A stretch of DNA of 64,000 nt from an uncultured Planctomycetaceae bacterium (GCA_963785305.1 CAWAUV010000004.1:483022-547021), one strand, 5' to 3'; positions 22,236-33,254 are shown, counted from the first letter of the stretch. A program made the numbers and translations. The notes: a model not told the origin generated them from the sequence alone.

Positions 22236-22844
22236 TGACTCCATCTCGGAGAATCCCCTTGCATCGCATGGAAAGCAACGGCGGCAAAGGTACCAGAGGG
22301 CGAAAAAATCGTAGGCCGCGTGGGCGACGATCGCGGCGATCAGATTGCCCGTGGCCAGTGTCAGGATTCCGAAATAAGCGCCGATTGCCGCGGCAAGGGC
22401 GGCGTAAGTCAGCGACAGCGCATGCAACAATCCGAACACAAGGCTTGCGATCGCGACCCCCAGCCACGGGCTCGCGTGTTCGACGATCGCCTGCTGGATG
22501 AGCCCGCGAAAAAACATTTCCTCGCCCAGGCCGGCCATGAGCGATACGAGGGCGAATTCGGCAATCGAAAATCCAGCGAAGAGCGGCGACACATCGCGGC
22601 GGATGATCTCATATAATCCCCTCAGCGGCCCGACCGGATAGCGAACCGCGCCGACCAGGGCGAGGGCGAGCGGCGCCGTGGCGGCCATTCCCCAAAAAAA
22701 GTCGCGTGGCGGCCCGAGAAGCTGCTCGAACACGGTTTGCCGCAAGGCAAGACTGGCGAGGAGCGAGACCGCGACCAAGCCGCCTTCAAACGCGATTGCC
22801 CAGCGGAACCAGCGTCGCTTCACGGAGATCGCGGTGACGGGCAT
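22233..22844 (-). CDS. CPBP family intramembrane glutamic endopeptidase (CAAX/Abi)
   Basis: GEEMFFRG, FGLLH and HAAYD motifs in a hydrophobic protein. Confidence 0.9.
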   Translation of the reverse strand: MPVTAISVKRRWFRWAIAFEGGLVAVSLLASLALRQTVFEQLLGPPRDFFWGMAATAPLALALVGAVRYPVGPLRGLYEIIRRDVSPLFAGFSIAEFALVSLMAGLGEEMFFRGLIQQAIVEHASPWLGVAIASLVFGLLHALSLTYAALAAAIGAYFGILTLATGNLIAAIVAHAAYDFFALWYLCRRCFPCDARGFSEMES

Positions 22845-22993
22845 TTGGGAAAAACCACGACGTTCGAAACATCGCGTCCATGCGGTCTTGCGCGGGTGGC
22901 CGCGGGATTCGACGAGCGACACGGTAAAAACAGGCGTTTAATTTTACAAGATCGTTAGAAAGTAACGCTAGTGGGCAAAAACCCCGCAAATAG

Positions 22994-23022
22994 TTGACTT
23001 TTCGGCGATCTTTACAAATAAT
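22994..23022 (+). promoter_or_regulatory. Putative sigma70 promoter
   Basis: TTGACT-17 bp-AATAAT in an AT-rich intergenic stretch. Confidence 0.45.
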
Positions 23023-23291
23023 ACCGCATCGGAAATTTCAGGAACCCGAGACGTTGCCCAAGCGGCGGTAGGTGATATAGCCCGCGAGAGCGCCGGTCGG
23101 GGGCCGGAGTTTTTAGGAGTTCGTCTTGCCGCGACCCACGAATGCTGGTCGGCGTGTCGTCCCGCGAGGGCGGCGTTGGAATTCCCCTCGGTGGGGTGAT
23201 TGGCATCAGTACGGCCGAATCGCGATTGCGTGCCGAAAAATTTCGTCGAGCGATTGCGAAGTCGGTCCTTTCGAGTCAGACAGAGAAGACC

Positions 23292-23332
23292 GCCGGTCGG
23301 GCGTCGGCGCCTGACCGGCTTGCGTTATTTTT
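23292..23332 (+). terminator. Terminator-like hairpin
   Basis: GCCGGTCGGGCG-TCGG-CGCCTGACCGGC followed by TTGCGTTATTTTT. Confidence 0.5.
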
Positions 23333-23478
23333 CGCGCTTGGGACATTGAATGCACCCGGTTTTGTGACTCGAAGCGCGTGGCTCGCGTTGTTTTCACTGC
23401 CCTGCAACTTGCTTTTTTACCGGCAACGGCAGGACGACAATCGGATGATGGGCAAGGTTTTGATTGGGAGGAATTGAG

Positions 23479-23712
23479 TTGAAGCGTACGACCCAAACCA
23501 GGAACGTTTTCGAGGCCATCTTGAAGTACGGCCACGACGAGGATTTCGCGCCCGAGGAGTGCGAGGACTACGGCCCGACCGAAGCTCCGGCCGGCTCGAG
23601 GGAGAAGCTCGACGTGCTCGCCGAACGGATTATGCGCGGAGTTCCGCTGTGGCATCCCGATGATCGCCATGACTACAGCGGATTGACCGGCGCGGTGCGT
23701 CCGCGCGAGTAG
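23479..23712 (+). CDS. Small conserved hypothetical protein
   Basis: RBS GGAGG before TTG; PTEAPAGSREKLDVLAERIMRGVPLWHPDD resembles a small planctomycete protein family. Confidence 0.7.
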   Translation: MKRTTQTRNVFEAILKYGHDEDFAPEECEDYGPTEAPAGSREKLDVLAERIMRGVPLWHPDDRHDYSGLTGAVRPRE

Positions 23713-23929
23713 TCGCCTCGGAATCCCGCGAGGGAGACCTTGGCCTGGAAGCGCGCCCGGGCATATCCTGCCTTGAGCCCGCGCGAAAGTACTCCTGTTT
23801 TTTTGAAACCTGATTGTCTTGCTTCCATCACGGCGCCGCGCATCGTTCTCCGATGTGCGGCGCCGTGACGTTTCTCGCGGCAATCGTCCCTCGGCTCGCC
23901 TATTGCGCCGTCGTTCGCCGCGCCGTCGC

Positions 23930-24307
23930 TCACTGGCCGAGGATTGGCAGTCCGACGCACAGTTCGATCGATTCGATCGAAACGCCCAGCGTCGGGATCG
24001 CGATCCCGGGGGCTGACGTCGGAAACTGCCCGGCGGATGCCGCCTGGGGCCCGCCGTCGCTGGCGACCGCGGGCACGCTGCTGGAGTCGCTAGGCGCGAG
24101 GAGATTCGCCGCGGCGGGCGCCGTGGCGCCGATGATCGCTCCGAGCCGCGGCGCGGGCAACACTTCGAGCTCGCCGCGGAGCACCACCATGTCGGCTGGC
24201 GCCTCAATGCCCAGGCGAACCTTATCGCCCGCCACGCGCACGACCGTCACCACGATCGAATCGCCCAAACATATCCGTTCTCGTTCACGGCGAGAAAGCA
24301 CCAACAT
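23930..24307 (-). CDS. csrA: Carbon storage regulator CsrA with low-complexity C-terminal tail
   Basis: MLVLSRRERERICLGDSIVVTVVRVAGDKVRLGIEAP..V.R.E; RBS GGAGG. Confidence 0.9.
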   Translation of the reverse strand: MLVLSRRERERICLGDSIVVTVVRVAGDKVRLGIEAPADMVVLRGELEVLPAPRLGAIIGATAPAAANLLAPSDSSSVPAVASDGGPQAASAGQFPTSAPGIAIPTLGVSIESIELCVGLPILGQ

Positions 24308-24493
24308 CACGACCTCCATGTCGAATCCGCGTCGGTAACGGGCCCCAGCGAGCCCGGCGCGCGGTGGTTGATTGTTTTTGAGGGTTTTGGGTCTTGGGGG
24401 CAACGGGCGTCTATCGCCGCCGGTAGGCCCCGAGCAATCGACGTCGAGGGAATAATCGCATGTAAAAGCGCTTTTGAGACGACGCGTCGCGGC

Positions 24494-24806
24494 TCAGGCC
24501 ACGGCGGTTGCGAGCTCCGCCGGCGCCATTCGCGGGGCTTCCACCAACTGGGCGCGGTGAAATCGTTCGCCGGTCGAACTGTAAAACAGCAGCGAGTTGC
24601 GCTGATTGTCCCAAATGGCCGAAAGCCGCACGGCCCGAGGACCATGCAGGCAGAAATAAATTCCGCAGGGCGTGCCGCTGCGCAGTCAGCACCCGCTCGG
24701 TCAGGGGAAAAGCGTCTAGCTCAAGTTCCGCATGCTCGCAAAGCACGTCGTTTACAAAGGCACGTAGGTCGCTCAAACTGCGCAACGAAGGCAGAGTAGC
24801 CGCCAT
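24494..24806 (-). CDS. Small hypothetical protein upstream of csrA; frameshift near 24684
   Basis: MAATLPSLRSL...FPLTERVL continues in another frame as RSGTPCGIYFCLHGPRAVRLSAIWDNQRNSLLFYSSTGERF...VA*; RBS AAGGAAGG. Confidence 0.65.
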
Positions 24807-24965
24807 TAAACCTTCCTTGGCAAAGAGAATAGCGCGTCGAGAGAGACAGCGCTTTGGGTGGGTGGGCTTGGCTGGCGAAGATGCCAACAATGGGTGATAT
24901 CGGCAGCGGGCGACGTTTACTTCTCGTTAAAATGGCGCAACGTGGTAAAACGAGACGGCTGATCC

Positions 24966-25550
24966 TTACGGTAACTGCATGCCAAGCACCTGCAAAAACG
25001 CCCGCATCCAAGCCGGATGCGCCGGCCACGCCGCGGCCGTGACCAAGTTGCCCTCGACATGGGCGTCGTCGAGTCCGGCGCTCGGACTGATCCACCGCCC
25101 CCCGGCGGCAAGTATTTCGGGCCGCACGGCGGGATAGGCCATGCATTCCCGATCGCGGAGCACGCCGGCCGCCGCCAAGATTTGCGCACCATGGCAAATA
25201 GCCGCGATCGGTTTGCGCGTTTCGGCGAAATGCCGCGCGATCTGAAGAACGCGCTCATTGAGCCGGAGATACTCCGGCGCACGGCCGCCGGGAATCACGA
25301 GCGCGTCGTATTCCTCGAGCACGATTTCGGCAAACGTGGCGCCGAGCCGAAAGTTGTGGCCACGCTTCTCGCTATAGGTTTGATCGCCCTCGAAATCGTG
25401 AATGGCCGTGGCCACGGTTTGGCCCGCGGTTTTCTCGGGACACACGGCATCGACCCGATGGCCCATCATGAGCAGCATCTGGTAGGGAACCATGATCTCG
25501 TAGTCTTCCACGAAGTCTCCGGCGAGGAGCAAAATCTTTTTTGGGTTCAT
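24966..25550 (-). CDS. DJ-1/PfpI family protein
   Basis: [28 protein letters not shown] nucleophile motif, NLVTAAAWP. Confidence 0.93.
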   Translation of the reverse strand: MNPKKILLLAGDFVEDYEIMVPYQMLLMMGHRVDAVCPEKTAGQTVATAIHDFEGDQTYSEKRGHNFRLGATFAEIVLEEYDALVIPGGRAPEYLRLNERVLQIARHFAETRKPIAAICHGAQILAAAGVLRDRECMAYPAVRPEILAAGGRWISPSAGLDDAHVEGNLVTAAAWPAHPAWMRAFLQVLGMQLP

Positions 25551-25912
25551 GGCAAGCGTTGACGAAATGATGGGTAATAATTTTTGAGGAAACCGTGCCC
25601 GCGACGACCATCGCGACCGGTTGGGCAAGGCCGCCGGTTGCGGGTCGTGCCGCAAATGCCCGTCATCCGATGCCCGCGGCGGGAAATGGAGAATATAGGT
25701 CATGGCGGACGATAAGCCAAACGTTTCCGCCGCCGAGGAACAATAAACGCGGACCCGCGCGGAGAAATGCCCCGCGGTTCGCATGGGCCAGCGGGAGCTT
25801 GCCGCGAAACGCGATGATTCGCGCGAGAGTCGACCGTCGCCGATAGCAAGGAGAGCGCAGCTTCCATGATGGATTCCATTCACCTCAAACCTCCGAGGGA
25901 ACCCGACTCGCC

Positions 25913-26678
25913 ATGAGCGTGCCTGCCCCCCATTTTTTGTTGTTTTCCGAAGGAAGTCGGAAACAGCGGCAGGGACAATGGAAGTTCTTGTTAAAAGCCG
26001 TCGATGGAACGGAACAAATCGAAGTCGCCGATGCCGAGCCGGAGGCTCTGGGCGAGCGGCTTGAACTGCTGGCGGTCGTGCGCAGGACTCGAAGCGCTCG
26101 ATCAGCCTTCGCGCGTCACCTTGGTCACTTCGAGCAAGTATGTACACCGCGGCCTCTTGTATGGGCTGCAAGAGTGGCGCTCGAACGACTGGATGTGGGA
26201 ACACTTCGGCGAGATGGCCCCGGTCAAGAACCGCGACCTCTGGCAGCGGCTTGACCACGCGCTAGCGTTTCACGAGCTGGATTTTCGGCCGTGGCGTTTC
26301 GATGTCGCCGCGCCCGAAACCGCGTTTAGCGGCGCCGCGGCCGATCCCACGCCATCGGAAAGTCTCGCGGAAAGCGCCGACGAAACCGCGGCGCCCGCAC
26401 ACGCTCGGCTAGCTCCGCCACGATCCGCGAATGCGCGCCGCGCCGTGGCGGCCATCGCGGCGGAAAGCGTGGATTCGCGATCGCGAGGTTCGGCTTCGAC
26501 CGTGGCCCCGCGCCCGGAAGCCGCCCGAGATGAACATCGTTCGCGCGCGTCAAACCAGCCAAGCGGTTCGGGCGGCGATATTCGGCTCCGGCCGCGGCGA
26601 GAGAGCGGCTGGCGGCGCTGGGGACACGCGCTCGCCGAGGCTGCCCGCGGCGTCAATCCGCTGCGGCGGCTGGCATGA
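25913..26678 (+). CDS. RNase HI-like protein, catalytic residues degenerate; frameshift near 26084
   Basis: [35 protein letters not shown] and [12 protein letters not shown] follow the RNase HI pattern; Ala/Arg-rich tail. Confidence 0.8.
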
Positions 26679-26916
26679 CCGATCGGATTCTTGGAAGCGT
26701 TTTTGGCGAAAAACCGGACCGGATTTCGTGGCGGAACGTGATATCGAGGGATTTCGAGGGATAAACGCGGTAGGTTGGCGAGGAATTTGCCGTGGCGTCG
26801 CATGAAGCGTCGCCTCGGGGCCTGGGCAGTTTGTCGATAGGGAAAATTGGCGAACATGGATAGCTTGGTCCTAGACGGGACCCCCATGCACAACAACAAT
26901 CAAAGGGATTCGAAAA

Positions 26917-29137
26917 ATGAGCGTGCGGACGAGCGTCGAACTGGAAAAAGTCACCCCGCTGTTGGAAGGGCGTCACGAAAACCCTTTCGAGCTGTTGGGC
27001 CCTCATCCGATCGTGGCCGACGGTCGGCAGGCGATGGCGGTGCGGGCTTATTTGCCCCATTCGCGGCAAGCCTGGGTTGTCGAGCCGGGACATCGGCAGA
27101 TTCGTCCCATGCGGCGTATTCATCCGGCCGGTCTTTACGAGGCGATTTGTCCGATGCCGACTTCCGAAGAAAAACAAAACCATTATCTCCTTCGCGTCGC
27201 CGATGAACGCGGCGCTCAATCCATGGCCCACGACCCCTACTCCTTCCCGCCGTTGTTGACCGAATACGACCTTTATCTCCTGGGCGAGGGCCGCCACTGG
27301 CATTCCTACAACCGACTCGGCGCTCAATTGCGCGAGATCGACGGCGTGGCCGGCGTGAACTTCGCCGTGTGGGCGCCCAACGCCACCGGGCTGAGCGTGG
27401 TCGGCGACTTCAACGATTGGGATGCCCGCCGCCACCCGATGCGCAAGCATGTTCCCTCGGGCATTTGGGAACTGTTCGTGCCCGGCATCGCCGCCGGCGC
27501 GATCTACAAATATCAAGTTCGCAACAACGATCTGGTTTTCGAGAAGTCCGATCCCTACGGTTTCGCGGCCGAACTGCCTCCGCGCACCGCGTCGAAAGTG
27601 GCCGATCTCGACCGCTACGCCTGGCACGACGAGCGCTGGATGCGCGAGCGCACCAAGTTCAACGGCCTCGACGCCCCGATCTCGATCTATGAAGTTCACC
27701 TCGGCAGTTGGAAGCGGCCGGGCGAGGATCCCTCGCGCTGGCTCACCTATCGCGACCTGGCGCATGCCTTGGTCGACTACTGCAAGGAGATGAGCTACAC
27801 GCATCTGGAGTTGATGCCGATCAGCGAACATCCCTTCACCGGAAGCTGGGGCTACCAGACGGTCGGCTACTTCGCCGCCACCAGCCGCTATGGCTCGCCC
27901 GAGGACTTCATGTACTTCGTCGACCATTGCCATCAACACGGCATTGGCGTGCTCATCGACTGGGTGCCGGCCCATTTCCCGCGCGATGCCCACGGCCTGC
28001 GGCAGTTCGACGGCTCGGCGCTCTACGAACACGCCGACCCGCGCCAAGGCGAGCATCCCGACTGGGGCACGATGATCTTCAACTACGGGCGCAACGAAGT
28101 CCGCAATTTCCTGGTCTCCAACGCCCTGTTCTGGCTCGACAAGTACCATATCGACGGGCTCCGGGTCGACGCCGTGGCCTCGATGCTCTATCTCGACTAC
28201 AGCCGCAAGGAGGGCGAATGGGTGCCCAACGAGTTCGGCGGTCGCGAGAATCTGGCCGCGATCACGATGCTCAAGGAGTTCAATGAGCAAACGCATGTGC
28301 AATATCCCGGCGTCTTGACCGTGGCCGAGGAGTCGACGGCCTTTGGCGGCGTGTCGCGCCCGACCTATCTGGGCGGGCTCGGATTCAGCCTCAAATGGAA
28401 CATGGGCTGGATGAACGACACGCTCCGCTACATGCGGCATGATCCGATCCACCGCAAGTACCATCACAACGAGCTCACGTTCAGCTTGATCTATGCCTTT
28501 AGCGAGAACTTCGCGCTGCCGTTTTCGCACGATGAAGTGGTCCACGGCAAGGGATCGCTGCTCGACCAAATGCCCGGCGACTTGTGGCAGAAGTTCGCCA
28601 ATTTGCGGCTGCTCTACACCTATATGTGGGCGCATCCGGGCAAGAAGTTGCTGTTCATGGGTTGCGACTTCGGCCAATGGAACGAATGGAACCACGACGC
28701 CAGCCTCCAGTGGCACCTGATGCAGTGGGAGTCGCACCAGGGGTTGCACCGCATGGTGGGCGATCTGAATCGCGTGTATAAGCGCGAAGCGGCGCTGCAT
28801 CAGGTGGACTTCGATCACCACGGCTTCGAGTGGATCGACTGCAACAACTGGGAAGAAAGCGCCCTGAGCTTCCTGCGCACGCGGCAAGGATCCCAACGAC
28901 ATGATCGCCGTGTGCCTGAATTTCACCCCGGCGCCGAGAGTCGGTTATCGGCTCGGAGTGCCGAAGCTCGGCTGGTACGAAGAAGTGTTCAACAGCGATT
29001 CGACGTACTACGCCGGCAGTAACATGGGCAACGGCGCGGGCCGCATGGCCGAGGAAATTCCCTGGCACGGCCGCCCCTACTCGATCGAGCTCACGCTCCC
29101 GCCCCTGGCCGGCGTGATGCTCAAGCCGCGTCTGTAG
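26917..29137 (+). CDS. glgB: 1,4-alpha-glucan branching enzyme; frameshift near 28879
   Basis: [53 protein letters not shown]-terminus in ORF 28901..29137. Confidence 0.97.
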
Positions 29138-29334
29138 GGCTTTGGAACCAACCGCCTCGAGAGTCGCCCTGGTCGAGCCGCATGGCGGAACTGGCGACTC
29201 CGGATCACAATAAACGTACGACGCCCGCCGAGGACTCGCGTCCTTGGTCGGGCGTCGTTGCGTTTTGTTTCACACTCGCGACCGATCCCAGGCGATTCTT
29301 CCGAGCCGCGCCCCATTCCGGCGGTCGCAAGGTT

Positions 29335-29417
29335 TAAGAACGTGTGCGACAACCCCTCTCGCCGTTGGGGAAAAAGGGTCGGGCAAGGGCTCGCGGAAGT
29401 TCCCGGATAGGCTCTAA
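29335..29417. repeat. Short dispersed intergenic repeat (copy B, more degenerate)
   Basis: GGCTCGCGGAAGTTCCCGGATAGGCTCT is nearly identical to 22206-22233, preceded by a similar CCCCTCTC...GGG hairpin. Confidence 0.45.
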
Positions 29418-29513
29418 CACAAAAGGAAAATGCTCGGACGAACCGCCCCCGGGACATTCGGTTCTTCCGTTTCCATGAGCATTGCTCGACGAGAATTCGC
29501 GTTTGGGCAGCAG

Positions 29514-29581
29514 GCCCTCGCTGACCCGTCGGGTTGTGATTCAGTGGCGTTTCCGTCATAACCCGACGCGTCAGCGAGGGC
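29514..29581. repeat. REP-like inverted doublet (REPIN-like)
   Basis: GCCCTCGCTGACCCGTCGGGTTGTGA and TCATAACCCGACGCGTCAGCGAGGGC form a 26-bp near-perfect inverted pair with a 16-nt spacer. Confidence 0.7.
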
Positions 29582-29800
29582 TTCCGCGATCCGCCCAGTG
29601 CAATCCGTCTGGGCGGCGCTTGTATTTAAAAACGGAAGAGCCGGATATTCTCGTCCAAAAACGCTTCCAGCCTCGGCCCCATGCTCCCGCCCCGCGGCCG
29701 CGCTCTCCTCGCATTGCCCGGTCGCGCTCTCGATCCTCGCCGCCAGCGCGTCGCGCAGCCGCATCGGGCAGCACGCGTCAGGCAAACCGGTTCGCACCGT

Positions 29801-30934
29801 TTACGTGGCCTTGGTAGCGGCCAATGCGCCAACATCGCCCGAACTCCACGTAAATCTCGACTCGTGTCCGCTTTCGCACGCCGTGTCGTCGAGCACCGCT
29901 GACGCAATCGCGTGCATCTCGGGAAGCTGGGACATGAAGGCGTCGAGGAGTTCCGGGTCGAAATGAGTTCCCCGCCCGGCCCACATAATTCGCGAAATCT
30001 CCGGCTCGGTCATGGCCGGGCGATAGACGCGGTCATGGCTGATCGCGTCGTAGACATCGACGATCGCCACGATGCGCGCGGCCTGAGGCGTTTCGGCCCC
30101 GACCAAGCGAGAGGGGTAGCCGGTTCCGTCCCATCGTTCGTGGTGGCCGAGCGCAATTTGCTCGGCCATCCGCAGGACAGCCGAACTGGAGCCGGCGAGC
30201 ATCGAGGCGCCGAGCGTGGTGTGCGTGTGCATCACCCGCATTTCGTCCGACGTGAGCTTCCCTGGCTTGCAAAGAATGCAATCCGGAATGCCGAGCTTGC
30301 CAATGTCGTGCATGGGCGCCGCGAGTCGAATGCGGTCGCATAGTTCGTTACTCCAGCCGATGGTCGACGCGAGGAGCTCGCTATACCAACCGGTGCGTTG
30401 GATATGTGCGCCTGTTTCCTCGTCGCGACATAGGGATGCTCGGACGAGGCGATAGATGGTCTCCTCATGAGCCGCGCGGATGATCCTCGTTTGCTCCCCG
30501 ACCGTCTCTTCCAATCGCCGGGTATAGCTTCGGTTTTCGATCACCAATCGGCGTTTTTCGAGAGCTTTCTCGACCTGGATCAGTAGCTCCGCCCTCGCGA
30601 ACGGCTTAAGCAAATAGCCATAGGCTCCTTGAGTCAACGCCTGGATGGCCATGCTCGTTTCGCCCGAGCCGGTCAACATCAAAATCGCCACGTCAGGGAA
30701 GCCATGCCGGATACGATTCAATAGTTCGAGCCCCGTGGCGCCCGGCATTCTTATGTCCAGCGTCATCAAATCGACATCGGACTGTTGCAGTCGTTGCCAA
30801 GCAGCGGCTGAATCGCCGACGTCGTCGCAATGGTAGCCGGCGCCGGAGAGAGTGCTGGATACCAATTTACGGACCGACGAGTCGTCGTCGACAATCAGCA
30901 GCCGGCTCGAAAATTTATTGCTGTCCGCTCGCAT
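29801..30934 (-). CDS. REC + HD-GYP response regulator (RpfG-like c-di-GMP phosphodiesterase)
   Basis: N-terminal receiver (VDDD, LDIRMP, KPF); ETGAHIQR, HDIGK, HHERWDGTGYP, DVYDA. Confidence 0.93.
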   Translation of the reverse strand: MRADSNKFSSRLLIVDDDSSVRKLVSSTLSGAGYHCDDVGDSAAAWQRLQQSDVDLMTLDIRMPGATGLELLNRIRHGFPDVAILMLTGSGETSMAIQALTQGAYGYLLKPFARAELLIQVEKALEKRRLVIENRSYTRRLEETVGEQTRIIRAAHEETIYRLVRASLCRDEETGAHIQRTGWYSELLASTIGWSNELCDRIRLAAPMHDIGKLGIPDCILCKPGKLTSDEMRVMHTHTTLGASMLAGSSSAVLRMAEQIALGHHERWDGTGYPSRLVGAETPQAARIVAIVDVYDAISHDRVYRPAMTEPEISRIMWAGRGTHFDPELLDAFMSQLPEMHAIASAVLDDTACESGHESRFTWSSGDVGALAATKAT

Positions 30935-31008
30935 GGGCGCCTCCTTTCGAGCAACGTTTGTCGAATACTATCTCCATCGCGCCCCGCAACACTTCGGGAC
31001 CGCGAAAG

Positions 31009-32796
31009 CTATGCGATTTCTCGCGGGCTGGTCGCGCCGGGGTATTCCGCCAAATCCGGCATGGGAGCGCGCGCCGCCTTGCTTGTCGGATCGATGACGA
31101 CCGCGGCTTCCCGGCAATTTGCTTTCAGATTTCCGTAGCTTTCGGGCAAGATGATCACTCGCCCATAAGCGCCGTAGAACTCGGGTCGCTCCGCGTCGGC
31201 AACGAGCAGGATATTCTTGGCGCCTGGCTTAGCGCGCGCCGCCAGCCGGTGCGGCGCGATGCCGACGCAGTTGACCAGCACCTTTTCCGGCATGTCGCCC
31301 AACTCGTTTTCGGCGCAGACCACGGGCTCAATGCCCATGGAGAACAGCAATCGTGGTATCGTGTCGAACGGGTCGTTGGCGAGGTCGCAATAGGCAAGCT
31401 CGCGATTGCAGGCCGGCCCGCTTGTCGGCTTGCCTGCCGGCTCCGCCGCGGAAAGCCGATCGGTGCGTAGCTTGGCGAGGACTTCGACATTGGCCTTGAT
31501 CCGTTCGACGACCTGCGAAATCGACCGAATGTCCAATTTGTCGAGCAATCGGGAAGGAGGAATATCGATCGAGTCCCACGATTCCCATGATCCGATGGCA
31601 AGCTCACCGGCGAATATCGCCAGCTTCAACAGCTCCGCTCTCGTCCGCCGCGGCTCCGGAACTTTGGCGATCGACGCATATTCGGCCAGCAAAAACTTCA
31701 GCGGCAGATGCACATTGGGAGGAACATTCCAGGTCGCTAGAAGTTGAGCGACAACCTCCGTGTGGCTCATCGGAAACACGTGCCGCTCCTGGTCATTTAG
31801 CGACTCGCCGCGAGTCTTGCATTGCTCGATCATCATCTCGTATTGCTTGGGAAAGAGAGAGCCGAGAACAACTCTCCCAAGCGGGTGCATGATGGCGCTG
31901 AGCAGCAATCCTTCTTCGATTTTGTCGTGACGTCCTCGTTCGATCAGCATCTCGATCGCCACGCCCGCCGCCAGGCTCCGTCGCCAAGCCAGTCCGACAT
32001 CCATCCAAGGCAGCAGGCCCGAAGTCAACGCGGTGAGCGCGTTCGTCGCCAGGGCCAGCTCCCCGATTCTCTTTTGACCGATCTGCAAGACGGCGCGTTC
32101 CAGTTCCGTGACGAGTTGAGTCGACGGATTGTAGAAAGCGCTGTTCGCCAGACGCATGATCTCGGCGGCCAACGTGGCGTCGCGTTGAATCGTCGCCGCG
32201 ATCTTTCCGGTATCCACTTGCTCGGCGCTCGCCATGTTGTAGACATCCATCGCGGCCTTCGAAATGGGCAGTATCCGCGACAGGCCCGACAATTTGTTCT
32301 CCAGGACCGATAGGGTCACGTAAGCATCGCCTCGCGAGTCCTCGACTATCGACTTCCGCTCTTCGTCGGCTGGGCTTTCGTGGGAACGCGCCGGGCCTTG
32401 ATTCGACGCCGGGGAGGATTGCCGCCGTTCCACCAGCGCGATCGCCTTGGCGGCCAGGAGATTGAAGTCGATCGGCTTGAACAGAATATCGTCCACGCCT
32501 CGGTTCAGCAGGTCCCTCGCGAGCCGTGGCTCGATCACGCCGGTATGAACGATGATCACGGGCCGTTCATCCAGAGCCAGTAGTTGCGTCGCGAGGGCAT
32601 GGCCATGTTTATTCGGCATTTTAAGATCGGTGATCACCAGATCATATTGGGCGCCGGCCAAACGCTCTTCCGCTTCGAGTCCATCGGCGGCCGAATCGCA
32701 CTGAAATCCTCGTTGCCGCAAGGAGAGCACAAGAAGTTTCTGTACGGCCAATTCATCGTCCACCACAAGCGCCCGGTGCGTGCTTCGTCGAGTCAT
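31009..32796 (-). CDS. REC + HDOD domain signalling protein
   Basis: Receiver ALVVDDE...TDLKMP...KPID; HDOD DATLAAEIMRLANSAFY, LERAVLQIG, AIMHPLGRVVL. Confidence 0.88.
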   Translation of the reverse strand: MTRRSTHRALVVDDELAVQKLLVLSLRQRGFQCDSAADGLEAEERLAGAQYDLVITDLKMPNKHGHALATQLLALDERPVIIVHTGVIEPRLARDLLNRGVDDILFKPIDFNLLAAKAIALVERRQSSPASNQGPARSHESPADEERKSIVEDSRGDAYVTLSVLENKLSGLSRILPISKAAMDVYNMASAEQVDTGKIAATIQRDATLAAEIMRLANSAFYNPSTQLVTELERAVLQIGQKRIGELALATNALTALTSGLLPWMDVGLAWRRSLAAGVAIEMLIERGRHDKIEEGLLLSAIMHPLGRVVLGSLFPKQYEMMIEQCKTRGESLNDQERHVFPMSHTEVVAQLLATWNVPPNVHLPLKFLLAEYASIAKVPEPRRTRAELLKLAIFAGELAIGSWESWDSIDIPPSRLLDKLDIRSISQVVERIKANVEVLAKLRTDRLSAAEPAGKPTSGPACNRELAYCDLANDPFDTIPRLLFSMGIEPVVCAENELGDMPEKVLVNCVGIAPHRLAARAKPGAKNILLVADAERPEFYGAYGRVIILPESYGNLKANCREAAVVIDPTSKAARAPMPDLAEYPGATSPREIA

Positions 32797-33254
32797 GCGA
32801 TTCCGTCCTGGTTCCCGAGGAGTTCTTCGTGAGAAACCGTTCGCCGCCGACGAAGTATAGCCCGCTAATTCGGGTGGTTGCTTGCACGTTGGGGGCATGC
32901 AACCAAGCGGCCAAACGGCGCGATTCACAAATGTTGAAACCCGTGACGGCGCAATCGCCCAAAGGCGGAAGCCAGTGGCCTGGAAATCATCGACGTGGTC
33001 TTTCTCGGGCAATAGCGGCGACCGGGAAATTCCCATGCGTGCAATGGCTTTTCAGGGGAGCATGCCCGTAGCTCGCGAGGCCCTAGCTAATTACCCTCGG
33101 AAGTGCTACAAGCGAGTGTGGTTAGTGTTATCGGTTGGTTGCGGATTTTCGCATGACGCGGCGGCAAGGTAGGAAAATCCTCCTATCTTGCCGGGCGCCC
33201 AAAAAGGGAACTCCCTGGAAAATGTGATGTTTGGTTACTTCAACAGGTAGGGAC

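Noticed and set aside
25551-26258. N-terminal 236-aa extension of the DJ-1/PfpI ORF
   Set aside because: Overlaps the RNase H-like gene antisense; the family match starts at MNPKK (25550).
2288-29137. parB, uvrA, glgB etc. as true pseudogenes or programmed frameshifts
   Set aside because: No in-frame stops or decay, no slippery heptamers, and the indels share a GCGC context; sequencing error is more parsimonious.
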